Origin: Takakia lepidozioides
Lineage: Eukaryota > Plantae > Bryophyta
Direction: 5' to 3'
NCBI GenBank assembly: GCA_030704615.1
Contig: CM060733.1
Span: 76,136,001 to 76,200,000 of the forward strand
DNA: 64,000 nucleotides
Part shown: positions 26,171 to 38,085 of the stretch, piece by piece
Layout of the letters: each line of letters opens with the position of its first letter
Position numbering within the stretch: the first letter of the stretch is position 1
Position numbers and translations under genes: made by a program
Notes under the pieces: generated by a model
Databases searched by the model: none
Told to the model about the DNA's origin: nothing
Seen by the model: the letters and a program-made list of their open reading frames with translations, nothing else

Positions 26171-26785
26171 GAAGGGTGGGTACTAATGTCAGCTGACTAC
26201 TCATAGATTGAGTTGCGTTTGATGGGCATTTCTCTGGAGATGCCTTCTTTATAGCCTTGCTCAGCAAACCCATGGGAAACTTTTTGTATGCTAGCAGCAG
26301 AATGGATAGGCCTTGTAGAACTTGCAGTGACTGAGCAACAGTCTGAGCATACCAAGCGTCTGGGATATGAAATGTTGTATAGGATGGGAGTGCATACATT
26401 GGCCGATCAGCTGGAGTGCTCAGTTGCAGAAGCACAAGAAATGATGGAACGCTTCAAGGCTAAATATCCATCCGATTCCATACGCTGTAGTTTCTTCTAT
26501 TGCCTGAAGAATGATATTATCTCTGCTAAAGGCCAAAGGGTCTAGTGGGATCCATCAGTTCCACCCAACTAGAATCAGAAAATAAGGTAAGGTGTGCAGA
26601 CACTGACTGAAGATTTGGCGCTGTTGAAGCAGCAGATTTGATCAAAATGGTGATGATTAAAGTTCATGCTGCTATAGCTACAGATTCCAGGGAAAGTGGA
26701 CTGTCTACTCCAATCCACCATATTGGGCACCAAGAGAATAGGACTTCAATGTTCCCAGGCCTTTGTTGGATGCTGTTGCAGGTTA
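26171..26785 (+). pseudogene. POLQ: DNA polymerase theta (TEBICHI/POLQ) polymerase-domain fragment
   Basis: Follows a TGCAG acceptor. Motif A SADYS*IELRLM..FSGD (stop where Q is expected); motif B region LAAEWIG..TKRL.Y.MLY.MG..TLADQLECSVAEAQE..RFKAKYP; AADLIKMVMI; CWMLLQV just before motif C. Interrupted by stops and frameshifts. Confidence 0.82.
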
Positions 26786-28259
26786 GATACATCTTCTGTT
26801 GGCTAGGATTCACATCGACTTGAGACTCTGGATCTTTGCAATGGAAAATCTATGTGGGGTGCACTTCTCTTGGGGGAGGGGAGGGGGGGGGCTTGGGGCA
26901 TATTCTTGGTTCTTTGTAGCAAACAGATTTCACTTGTGTGGGTTTCTCACTGTGTTCCACAAGTTTTCAAGATTTGTCTGTTTCTCTACGCAGATGGAGA
27001 AGATCACAAGTCCCCACTGTGCTTGGCCAAAGGTGACAAAAGTTGCGGACACCACTTCAACACCCCCGCAAGTTACAGAGGTGCTACGCAGTCTGGGACC
27101 CAGATGTGCTTTGGTTGAATATGTGAAGAGCAGCCAGATGGGTGTGCACAGGAGACCACCACCAGGAGAGGGTCTTTGGTCAATCCTGTGAAGAAAATTG
27201 CTTACATCAATACAATAGCAGATGCGAAAAACACAATCCCGAACACTTCAAAACTGTACAAATGTAGATATTTTTGGTGCCTTTTTGTGGGGATACTGTC
27301 CAGCCCATGTAAAGTAGACATCATATTTCTTGTGTGCATCTGCACCATCCTCAACCAAAGAAGAAGATACATTATACCAAAGAAGTTTTGATACATGTGA
27401 TCGATTCTAAGCTGGAATATAAAGTGGCAAAGCAATTTCTACAAGACAGAAGTAACCCAATGTAGAAGGCTTTCACCACAACTTTTCTCTCCTTGACCAC
27501 CCCTCCCATCCTCAGATTCTACCTCTCTTACCAAGCACATCCAGGAAGTGTTCACATGTAGTGCATCTTGCATGTGGCTATTGTTTTCCCCCAAAATATC
27601 TCCAAGAGTAGCTCTCTCTTTCTTGGCTCCCCCATGAAGCAACCGGGATCCTAACCTTCCTTTCCTTCAACCTCTTTGATGTCGTTTTGTCTGGCCCATG
27701 TAGAGACTGTTTGCAGATGGGTTAGCAGCACCTACTGATTGAACAAACAGATGGTGGTACCACTGGAAGGGATTGTCCAATAAACACTATTTATTTATCA
27801 TCTGCCCTGCCTTAATGAGATTGAGGGTAAGAGGCTAAACTGTTGTTCTTCTACATTCCAGTCATCACATCCAGCTTTCCACTTCGTAATATTCCTTCAT
27901 TGATCATTTCCATGTAGAAACAGACATCCACACTATAGGTAACAAAGTATCAAACTGCTAAGAAACAGATCCACATTTTGCGGCGGATTGCATTCACCAT
28001 GCTGCTCATTTGTGCAATGTGGCAATGTGGCACCTTGCTACAGAAGGCGCCATTCACAAATCTCCAAAGCCTCCCCGCCGCACCCAGTACATAAACAGAG
28101 TACACATTAGTTCCCCACTAATTCTGAATTTCATCTTCATGCCCAAGCAACACGGTTTCTCTTTTCAAACTTCAGAGTCCCCTTGATTTTCAGATTTGGG
28201 CCACAAAAAAATCCATGAAATGTCAAAAAAAAAAGAATCCTCTGAAAGCACTAACCTTA

Positions 28260-29618
28260 TCATGCGTGTAAAATGTGACGACAAACAATCTCTCGTAGCT
28301 CAGCACCTACATTCAGGCCCCTGTCGACAACCGGCTCTTCATCATGAGCTAGATGATCTCGCTCCCTGATTGCTTCAAGCGCATCCATGTCGTTGAATAC
28401 ATCATCAAAGTCCACTTCCTTGAAGTCCACAAGTATGTTGTAAATGATGCAACATGCATGGACCACCTGTGGTAGAAATGTAATATCAAGGCCGCTTCTC
28501 CAACCCACTTCCTTGAAGATACGTTTGAGCCGTCCAAATGCAATCTCACTATAAATCCTTGCTTTTGACAACTGATGGTTGAACACGGTCTTGGCTCTAG
28601 AGAGTGCCGGAGCATTGGCAGCTCTTTTGTAGCTAGGTATCAGCCAAGGAAGGCAAGGATATATGGCATCCCCGAGAAGGATAGGTGGGATAGTCTGGCC
28701 ATTGTCCAAAATAACGCTTTCTCCCCGCAATATAGTTCCTTGAGAAGCCGGATAGAAGAGTGTGGAGTTGCGCAACATTCTCGAGTCATTCATACTTCCC
28801 GGCTCCCCAACATACATATCTACAAATTTTGCATCAGGATTGACAACACCATTGAGTAGTATCCAAGTCTATTGCGATAGTCGAGTTTGATATTGTTTGC
28901 AGGGGCTTGAATCCTGATTTGCGTACAATCGATTACACCCACTACATTTGGAATTCCAGATCTACGTTCATTTTCAAGCATGGATGTCTTTAGGGTATCA
29001 CCAGCCTCCCATCGAAGGTGGTGACCTAACACAAACACAATAGCAGGTACAACTTGACGTAAGAGCTCATATAGTATCGCTGCACCAATTCCAAATGCTT
29101 CTGTCATTTCAGCGGTAGTTGCTGCCCATATCAATTTGTACAGTGGTCCCTGAACTCATTTTCATGATCATGAGCCATCGAGCATCATCATACTCCAAGA
29201 GAAATTCCTGAAACCATGCTCGAGACCTATGCTTCACCCACATCCCAGATGAAATACAACCTCTAGGCTTGCAAAACTTGATAATGAAAAGAGTGTCAAG
29301 CGCTGAACGCCATTGCTGGATGCATTGGTCAAGGCTATCATCTTTGTCCACATCCATGCCATGGACCTGGGAAAGTGACGCATCCACATGCAAACTTGGT
29401 GTCTTGGACCCTAACCCAAAGAGCTCTGAAAACTGATCCATTATGTATTGCATGAGGACGAGAATCTCAGCAAATGCTAAGAAGACATCCTTGTCCATCA
29501 TGGGTTCCATCCTGTGAATTAGCCCCCCACTCGTTGCTTGAAAAATAAAATATGACAGCCTTCTCGTTGTTGCTCTCCAAATTCCTGTTTCCCAACACAA
29601 AGCCGGTACCAACCCCAT
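28260..29618 (-). pseudogene. PIF/Harbinger transposase (HARBI1-like DDE_Tnp_4 nuclease)
   Basis: GVIDCTQIRI; PGSMNDSRMLRNS; LLGDAIYPCLPWLIPSY; FNHQLSKARIYSEIAFGRLKRIF; VVHACCIIYN. Split into 3 ORFs. A possible element terminus ...GCGGCGGGGGCC|TAA lies at 31208. Confidence 0.9.
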
Positions 29619-31419
29619 TTATGTCTTCTAGTAAAAGAAGCCTGAGACTGTGATTGACCCTTCACTCAGAGCTGCTTGATGGTAAATGCCATCAAATCTA
29701 AACTATTAGACATGGATAGAGAAGTGGCTCATGCTGGACTAATTAACCAACCCTCATATCCCAACTTATCCAGAACAGTTGGGGTAAGATTGGAATCAAC
29801 GTGCTCCAATTGATTTCAAGAGGCAATGATCCAAAGATGTAAGGTACACCAAGATCATTGACTCTGATTCTTGAAGCAAGACAGACCTGTCAAACAGGCC
29901 AAGTCACACCAGAGAAGGGAAGAATTGAACCAGGCCAAAGCCCAGCTCAGATCTTCACAGTAGTTAGATGTACATCTGGGATTGAAGAACTACCTGAAGT
30001 GCTCCCCCACTAAGCTCATACTAAGAGTAGCTACCTTTTTCTGTACGGTAAACTCAGCTTGAAAAAGGGGAATCCATTGTCCGGCATGTCGAAGTAATGA
30101 AGCTCGAGACCAAGCCAAAACTATGACAATCCTTAGGTTTGAGTTCTGAAGGGAATACCTACATCAAATTGTTGCTATGAATTTAGAGCTCACTAAAGCA
30201 AATCTGGAGGGGAGAACCGGCTGCGTACATCACTCCCACAACGGGAACTAATCTTCCCAACTGTAGTGGCACCCATTCTGCTCACTTCCCTTCCCCGTCG
30301 ACTATCTAGTATTTGTAATCCATCCAAACCAACCATCAGGTCTGAAAATGCAAGCATGCACACAGGGAAAAATGGCATGTGTAATGTGTCATCTCTCTTT
30401 TTGTTTACCTCCTCTCGTCACCACCAGGCTACAGAAAATGTCATCTTATGAGTACATCATCATGCCGGACCTCCTGTGGACATTAAAAATATCTTTTTTT
30501 TGTCTTTCAAGTGCGTGCACTCCATTCCTCATACTTTCAAACAGAACCAGTCTTTATGTCCATCCTTGAAACTAAATATGTTTCATTTCTGTCATTCTAG
30601 GAAATAATTTATCTCCATGTTGCAGTGAAGGTTGGGTATATCTAATCAGATTCACAACAGTCACTTGAAGAACCAAGACTATGCATCACATAGACCTTTG
30701 CACCAGACCAGACCAGACCGTACCTTCACAGACCTACAATGCAGTGTCTGGGTTGTAGCGTTGTTGTGCCTATGGCATTGGCTCGAAGCTACGTGCATCC
30801 CGCAGCGCCCGCACCTGTGGAGAACATGGTTTCAAGCGACGAAGTGGCCTCTGTCACCCTTCCAGCCCAAGTGGCTCCTCAGCTGGAGCTACCAAAACTT
30901 GATCCAGTAGTGCAGCAAAGCCTCCAGTAATGTGCTCCTGGCCCGAATGTGCTCCTGGCTCGTCCTGTCGTCGTCGTTGCTCCTTTGGCTATGGCGTAAA
31001 GGTGACAAGATGGCGAGGGAAAATGGCGAGAGGAAGTCGGGCAGGGGCAGGCGAACACGTGTTTTAAACTAACATTACTGCACTAAAACATGTTAAGCTA
31101 AAACTTTGGTGCGGCAGGGATAGTGCTAGTTGGAGCAGCAATTACGAAAATGGGCCTGCTAAGCCGTTAGCAGGTATTCTACGCTAGCAGCCCGGTGCGG
31201 CGGGGGCCTAAGTAGCATAAAATCCCGCTTGTCCTGTTACGCCATGGAGCCCATGGACCCGTAGTAGATAGGCAGGTAGTTTTTTTTCACACGGTCTACA
31301 ATGCAGTTTTTACGTGAGTTAAAGTCCTGTAATTTGGGGTTTATGTGAATCAAGATTCCCACGCCCTGGGGGCTATGGAATCTTGAATCGCGTAAAAAGC
31401 CCTCGTTGTAGGACATTAC

Positions 31420-32211
31420 CATTGTTTGGCGGTTATTTGAACTTCTCTATAATGCCCGGCGGTTACTTATATGGTTATATGTATATAACAGGTCCAGTTA
31501 GGAACCGGCGGAGCTCACGCATTCAAATAATTGAGGTTGGGTAGCGTGTGAGCATGCTCACGTGAGAACAAGCTAATATTAAGGATATTCCCTAGATGCC
31601 TTTCGAATATTTTTCAGTGAAACTACAATTGAGAAACTAGAATCTTTGCGAAACTTTTTTTAACTGCTCACATAGGCCCTCACAGCATCACTTAAGAAAC
31701 AAGTAACACCTATACACGATAAACATGTTACCCTATAAGCATGGGGTTTCCTCACGTTATGCAAACCGTATACCCCAGAAAACCCCAGAAAAACAAAAAT
31801 CGTGGTTTTCAGTCCACGTATCGGCAGTTTAAGCCCTAGAAAAGTTATTTTCGCACTGAGAAAATAAATCTGAAGGTACTCATATGCACCGTGCCTGTTA
31901 ACATGTAATTCCTATGACCGCGGTTTGAAAATATTTAACCCCTACGACCGCAAGTTGTGCTCACGCCGTGCTCATAGGATACCAACCCCCCAAATAACTG
32001 AGCAAAAAACCTCTTAAAGAACCACCCAATACCCGCGGTTATTTGATGAAAACCACTTGTTATTTGAGGTTTTTGCAAGTAACCGTAACCAGCAGGTTAT
32101 ATCTAGCCATAAACAATTTAATAACCGCAACCGCAGGTTAATAATTTTCTAAAATTTGAAGCAACCAAAACTGCCGGTTATGAAAAAAATCAAATAACCG
32201 CCCAAGCACTC
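31420..32211. mobile_element. hAT-type MITE
   Basis: Imperfect TIRs CATTGTTTGGCGGTTATTTGA / TCAAATAACCGCCCAAGCACTC. Degenerate 8-bp TSD gacattac/aactttac. Internal GGTTA/TAACC repeats. Confidence 0.65.
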
Positions 32212-32918
32212 AACTTTACCTAATACATATTTCAGCCATGTATTTATTATTTATATTGATATTTGAAATCATGATAAGCATGTGAAGACTGGCACAAGAA
32301 CCAAGCTGCTCTACAGATAGATCTCCCCTCCTCTCCACTTCTGCACTTAGATTTTCTCTGCTCTCTTCAATAGTTCTATGCAAGGAAAATCTTCTTCAAG
32401 GAGTGATTGGTCCCCCATGCTTATCTATTATGCACAACGTAACATCAGAGCCACTTCAAGGCTACATGCATTGGGCTTGTCCCACGTTATTTCTGTTTTC
32501 TCGAAACTGGTTTCGGTCATTGGTTTGTAATCCGTTTCCTGCTGGAAGGTTCTACAATACAGTCAAAGTCGGGATATCCGTCACGCCCAGTCGTGTGTTA
32601 AGCCTTTTGGCAGCCTTCAGGCATCAAAGGGTTTTAATTTTTTTCCCTTCAAATAATTCAAATAAAGTTCTGAGGCTAAGCCCTCTTCTCCAAAGAAAAA
32701 ATAAAAATCATTCTAGTGTTTTCAAAAACATTAATTTTTGTCCTAAAAATATTTGATATATATGTATATTGCTTATTATTTAATTGAATATAATATAAAA
32801 TGATGATAAGAAATGTCCTTCAAAGATTGAATGTTCTCCATGTAAATCTATCTCTATTGAGCAATGTTTTAAGTGGCTCAAAACATTGTTTTCAGTGAAT
32901 ACATGAAATAGATATTAA

Positions 32919-33292
32919 GGGCTGCTTTACACTAGGGCCCAAGCCCAAGAAATCTTGGGCCCAATTTCTACCACTCTTGGGCTGGTCTTGGGCCAACTTC
33001 AACGGTCATGATCAACAGTCATGATTGCAGAAAAAATAATCTATTTTAATACAAAACTTCTTGGGCCCAAGAGCTCAGAGTTGGGTCTCCATTCTAGGAA
33101 GGTTCTTTTTTCTTGGTCCGGCCCCAGAAGTTGGCGCCAAAACTTGTGCTATGTAGGCAAATGGCCCACTTCCATTTTCTTGGGCTCGGGCCGTAGTGTA
33201 AAGCCGTTGGGCCCAATTTTCAGGCCTCCGCCAATGGGAATGCTCCATTCTCACTTGGTCTTGGGCTTGGGCCCTAGAATAAAAAGCGGCCC
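32919..33292. mobile_element. Tourist-like (PIF/Harbinger) MITE
   Basis: ~32-bp imperfect TIRs GGGCTGCTTTACACTAGGGCCCAAGCCCAAGA / TCTTGGGCTTGGGCCCTAGAATAAAAAGCGGCCC, with TAA on both sides (32916-32918, 33293-33295). Confidence 0.85.
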
Positions 33293-33421
33293 TAATGGTA
33301 GTTTATTAGGTGTATTACAATGTTGGTCTGGTATCTCGGTTTCGCCGGGTATCAACACGGGCATCGACCCGGGTCTCTCCTAACCTAACCTACTGTTATC
33401 TGTTCCCGTAAACATTTGTAG

Positions 33422-33945
33422 CAGGGTTGCACGCGTCAGTGACATCACGTCACGTCACGTCGAACCTGACGCTGACGCGATCAACGTCACGTCAGTTTTG
33501 CCGAAAAATCAGTAAAACATGAGTTAGGTGAAAAATATGCCACGTAGGTGGACACGTTGTATTCCAAGCGACACCTTGGCAAGTGAATGAATTATTTTAT
33601 AAATTACTCCATCCGCCAATATTTGAGGTTATTTTTAAATCAATATTGTTAAATTGGTGCGACCTCCAAATGGTGGTGGTCACAGAATTTATCTTATTTT
33701 TTAATAGTTGCGACCACCAGCAGAGGGGTTGTCACAGCATTTTTGTTTTTTTTAAATAGATGCGACCACGAGCAGGGGTGGTCGCATTTTTTTCTTTTCT
33801 TAAACAGTTGCGACCACCGCTACTGGTGGTCGCACAATTTTTATTTTATTTGTAATAGGTGCGACCACCATCAGGAGGGTGGCCACAACATTTTTCTATT
33901 TTTTAATATCTGCGACCACCAGCATGGGGTGGTCGCAGCGTTTTT
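33422..33945 (+). mobile_element. 5' end of a second hAT element with subterminal palindromes
   Basis: CAGGGTTGCACG start, CACGT repeats, then GCGACCACC..GGTGGTCGC palindromes (33660-33940). Orientation fits the plus-strand transposase at 36720. Confidence 0.6.
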
Positions 33946-33959
33946 TTGTTTTTTTTAAT

Positions 33960-35840
33960 AAATTCTTGGACTCCATCATGGCAAGGAACCCGACATTGGC
34001 CATCTCCAACCTGGTAGGGCGAATGACCCTCGTGGGATGCTCCACAACATGGTACGGGTCCTTAGGATCAACCACCCCCTTGTTCTTTCTCCCGGATCCC
34101 CTACCATGCGGTGGAGTCTCTTTGGTCTGCCGGACATCCGCCGCAGGGCCTTTCTGCAACACTTCCCTGCCCAACAACCTGCCCTTGCGCTCCCTTCCCC
34201 CTACCCCTTCATTTCCCTACACCAGCAACATCCTTTCCCTTTGCTTTTCTACCTTTACCCGGGGTATCCTGAGCGGGAGGCTCCTTCTCTGCAAGTGTCC
34301 TATGCTGAAGCATGGCGCCAGGCGAAGGACCACTTTTCACCATTGGTATTGGACAGAGACCACCCTTTCAGAGAAACAGGGGTCCAAGCTGTTAACTGGT
34401 TAATGGGCAGCAGGGCGACTAAACACATTATACCCTGGACCAAGGAGGAGCTGCAAACCTACCGAGAAACCTTGACCAACAAAATCGATATGGTACGTGG
34501 GGACGGGATAACAGAACACCCTGATGAAGAAAGTTGGCCTACTCACGAAAAGGAGCAACCAGACAGTGACGATAACATGAACAAGAAGCTGCCACCACGA
34601 CAATCTTGGGACGCACTTCCTACCTTGCAAACAGGCATACCACCACCTTACATCCCCAAGAGATACAACAAGCACAGGAACTGACGAAATTGTGCGGACA
34701 CAATTTCAAAAGAGGGGGGGGGGGGGATAAATGATAACGGCTATGCTACGAGGGACAGACAACGAGGGTCACAACGGGACATACCGGGTAGTGATGGACG
34801 TACACTACCTGGGCCACAGGCAGAGACGACTAAGTACGTGGTACTTAGCCAATGGCGGGACAAGGGTACATTACCACGAGAGCAGTAGTGGGTAGTGTAG
34901 TAACCGTGAGCCGTGAACCACGATATCACACGGCCACGTTAGCATCGGCTTTAACCAATAGAGGGATTAGTGGACCGTATACCACTATGGCTCATGACCA
35001 CTGCAACGAGCCACTTTTTAGCAAACCTTTTAGGTTGCGTAGGTAGTTAGGCAAACGGTCATTAACGACCGCAGACCGTAACGGCTCTTTTGAGCATAGT
35101 ATAAAAAGGTTGCACGCAACTTAGAGGGAGAGCAATATGAGTATCAATGATCAGTGTGTATTCAGGGACTCAGAGTGATTCAAGTGTGTACTGTTATGAT
35201 GGTGGGACGAACTTTGAAGTAAAGCCATGCTATTCGAAGTACCTTTGTGTAGAGTGAATGTGAGATGGAGAGAATAATATGCATCATCTCAGGATAGTTC
35301 TTGTTTCGCCTTTACTATCAAATATTTTCATGAATGGAATGACTTTAGTCCTTACGACTAAGATCTCACATGTTAAGGAGACTGTAAATTAAGCTTAATC
35401 AATAGGATTAAGTAGCCTCCAAAGAGATACATTCATACGACGTTTAGGGTTTAGCTATCCTTAAAACGATTACTTCGTAATCATTTCTGAAAGCATACCG
35501 TCGGACAACCTCTGTTGCATGTCTTTGTCGAACGGCTTTTACTCACCCATCCCTTCGCTATCCGAGGTGGAAACTCCAAGATAGAAGAGTTGGATATCTC
35601 TAAGCACTCAGCCCGCTCAGTACAATCAGTCATGACCTGTAGCTAGTGAATCATGGTTGTGCTTCCCATTTGTATTCCTTCTTGCCTTCATGTTATCAAT
35701 TTACCTTATCTGATACTGAAGCATCTGATTGCTTCAGTATCTTCTTAGTTCAAGTTAATCATGCATTCATTTCACAGCTTCACTCATGTCTCTCTACACA
35801 GTGTGCTTGTATCGAATAAGTATCAGATTACGATTTATCA
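33960..35840 (+). mobile_element. 3' portion of an LTR retrotransposon: unknown ORF, polypurine tract and LTR
   Basis: ORF 34037..34684, then PPT AGAGGGGGGGGGGGGG (34711-34726) and LTR start TGATAAC at 34732. Candidate LTR ends are GTTATCA (35698) or TTATCA (35840). Confidence 0.55.
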
Positions 35841-36164
35841 GGTACTAGGCCAATGTCAAGGTGACTCTAATCCGCCCTACAGTATCACTACAGCTCAACA
35901 TGAAATAAGCATATACTGTTCATCTTTTCTCCTTTTTTCTCTTCTCGTTCTTGCTCTCCGCCTGATCTCCTCTCATCCATGACCAAGAAGCGCTCCCCGT
36001 GAAGTGTCACCTCTTTCCGTTGCCGCTCCCTTTATCTGCCTGCAAGCTGTTCTAACCACCTAACTAATTAACCGTCATCCCTGAAGTAACACGTTCCTTC
36101 TGCAGATGTCGTTCCCTCACAGTCGTTCCCTGCCAATGATAACTGTTCCTCATGTACTGTGACA

Positions 36165-36398
36165 AGCTGTGTCAAGCTGTGCCGAGCTGTGACTGGCTGT
36201 GTCGGCTGTGTCGGGCTGTATCGGGCTGTGTTGGCTGTGACGGGCTGTGGCGGCTGTGACTGGCTGTGTCGGGATGTGTCGGGCTGTGTCGGGATGTGTC
36301 GGGCTGTGACGGGCTGTGTCGGGCTGTGACGGGCTGTGACGGGCTGTGTCGGGCTGTGGCGGCTATGACTGGTTGTGACGGGCTGTGTCGGGCTGTGT
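36165..36398. repeat. 10-bp minisatellite (GTCGGGCTGT/GACGGGCTGT)
   Basis: About 23 tandem 10-bp units. This repeat explains the spurious HSPTQPVTA ORF on the minus strand. Confidence 0.9.
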
Positions 36399-36719
36399 AA
36401 CCCCCCCACTAAAGCCTGCTGCTGTCACCCCTAAGGCTCCTGTTGGTCTCAGTCTGTGTAAAAATTAAGGGTACCCCACAGAACCCGTAAAAGCGTTAAA
36501 GTCCCAAGCAGCCCTCTAACAGTCTTAGGAAATGGGCAGTAGTGCTGCTAACTTGTTTTGTCTAAGTCATAAACCAGCGGTTAACACATCCTCACACCCA
36601 AAACCCTAACCACAGACTTAAGGTTGAACGAAGAACACTAGTGTACTTGGTAGATTTGTCAAGAGCAATAGAAGTTAGATCAGAATGCGATGGCCCAACA
36701 CTACGGCATCAATCCAAGT

Positions 36720-38085
36720 CTACATACACACCTCCGAGTTATCGCGATCTCCGTACATGATTGCTAGAAGAGGCTATGTCTGACCTCACCCAAAAGGTGA
36801 ATGAAAAGACAGATGATTCTCCCCGGAAATATGGAAGCACTATATGTGCGGACGGTTGGAGTTCTGTTACTAATTGACCACTGTTCAATGTCATGCTAGC
36901 GGGGGAACAATTTTTGGGATCCGTTGACACAAGCGGGGAGAGAAAAGATGCACGTTATCAAGCAGGGTTGTTGACGAGTTTCATCGATAAAATTGGAGCT
37001 GATAAAATTGTCCAAGTGTGCACGGACAATGCATCTAACATGATTAATATGGCCGATATTTTGATGGTACGATATCCCCATCTATATTACCAAGGGTGTG
37101 CTGCTCATATCTTTGATCTCTTTTTGGAGGATTGGGGAAAAGAATCATGGATGAAACAACTAGTAAAAGGGCAAAGCCGGTTGTGACATTCATTTGTACA
37201 CATCACATCCCTCTGGCATTGTTTAGAAAGCATGAATCCAAATACAGCCTTAGGTGAAACCCGCTTTGCCACAAACTTTTTGATTGTGGATCGACTGGTG
37301 ACTGTCTGGAGCAGGTGATCATTGACCCTCAATGGGATGCGTATGTGGGCACCTTACGCGACTCTCGTAAGTCCAAGTCTTTGAGTAAAAGTCGGAGGGT
37401 CCGCGCAATCATTCGCTCCGACAATTTCTGGGCGAAATGTGCAAATTTTGTGTACATGGTGGAGCCGGTGTTGATTGCTTTGCGGGAGTTTGATGGAAAA
37501 TAACCAATAATGGGTAAAACATGGTTGTTATTGGAAAACCTTGAGAAGCACGTGCAATCCTTGAGGCGTCCTCCATTTTCTATGGACGATGATTTGGCAG
37601 CAAGGACCGAGGATGCATTTTACGACCGCAAACGGATGGTTCGCATGGACTTGCATTATGCGGGGGTCTTGCTGAATCCATTCTTGCTGGACAATACGGA
37701 TTTGAGAGACGATGTGGATGCCAAAGCCAGGCTTATACGGGTCATCATGCAACTTGCGCCTTTGAACATGGCAGAGCGAACTTTGTCCAAGTATCAGTGC
37801 TTCTCGGATCGCCAGAATCCTTTCCATGACATGTCGGATCCAAAAGCAATGAACATGTTGCCACATGAATGGTGGGATCTGATTGGAGCTGGAGCAAGAA
37901 CGTTAGCTCCCATTGCAAAGCGTATTCTTGCTCAAGTGTGTTCTGCCTCATCCTGTGAGCGGAACTGGAGCAGTTACTCGTTTGTTCACAACAAGATTCG
38001 CAATAGGTTGAATCCTGCCAGGGCTGACAAATTGGTTTATGTCTACACGAATTGTAGGCTACTGCGAGAGAGGACAGCAAGTGAT
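36720..38085 (+). pseudogene. Second hAT transposase pseudogene, close paralogue of 4972-7430
   Basis: ADGWSSVTN; GSVDTSGERKD; CTDNASNM; CAAHIFDLFLEDWGKE; CSASSCERNWSSYSFVHNKIRNRL. Truncated at ~38085 by the Gypsy element. Confidence 0.9.

Noticed and set aside
29960-30020. LRR-like TSGIEELPEVL snippet
   Set aside because: Too short and immediately stopped; it cannot support an NLR fragment call.
36068-36409. Repeat protein HSPTQPVTA
   Set aside because: Artefact of the 10-bp minisatellite.
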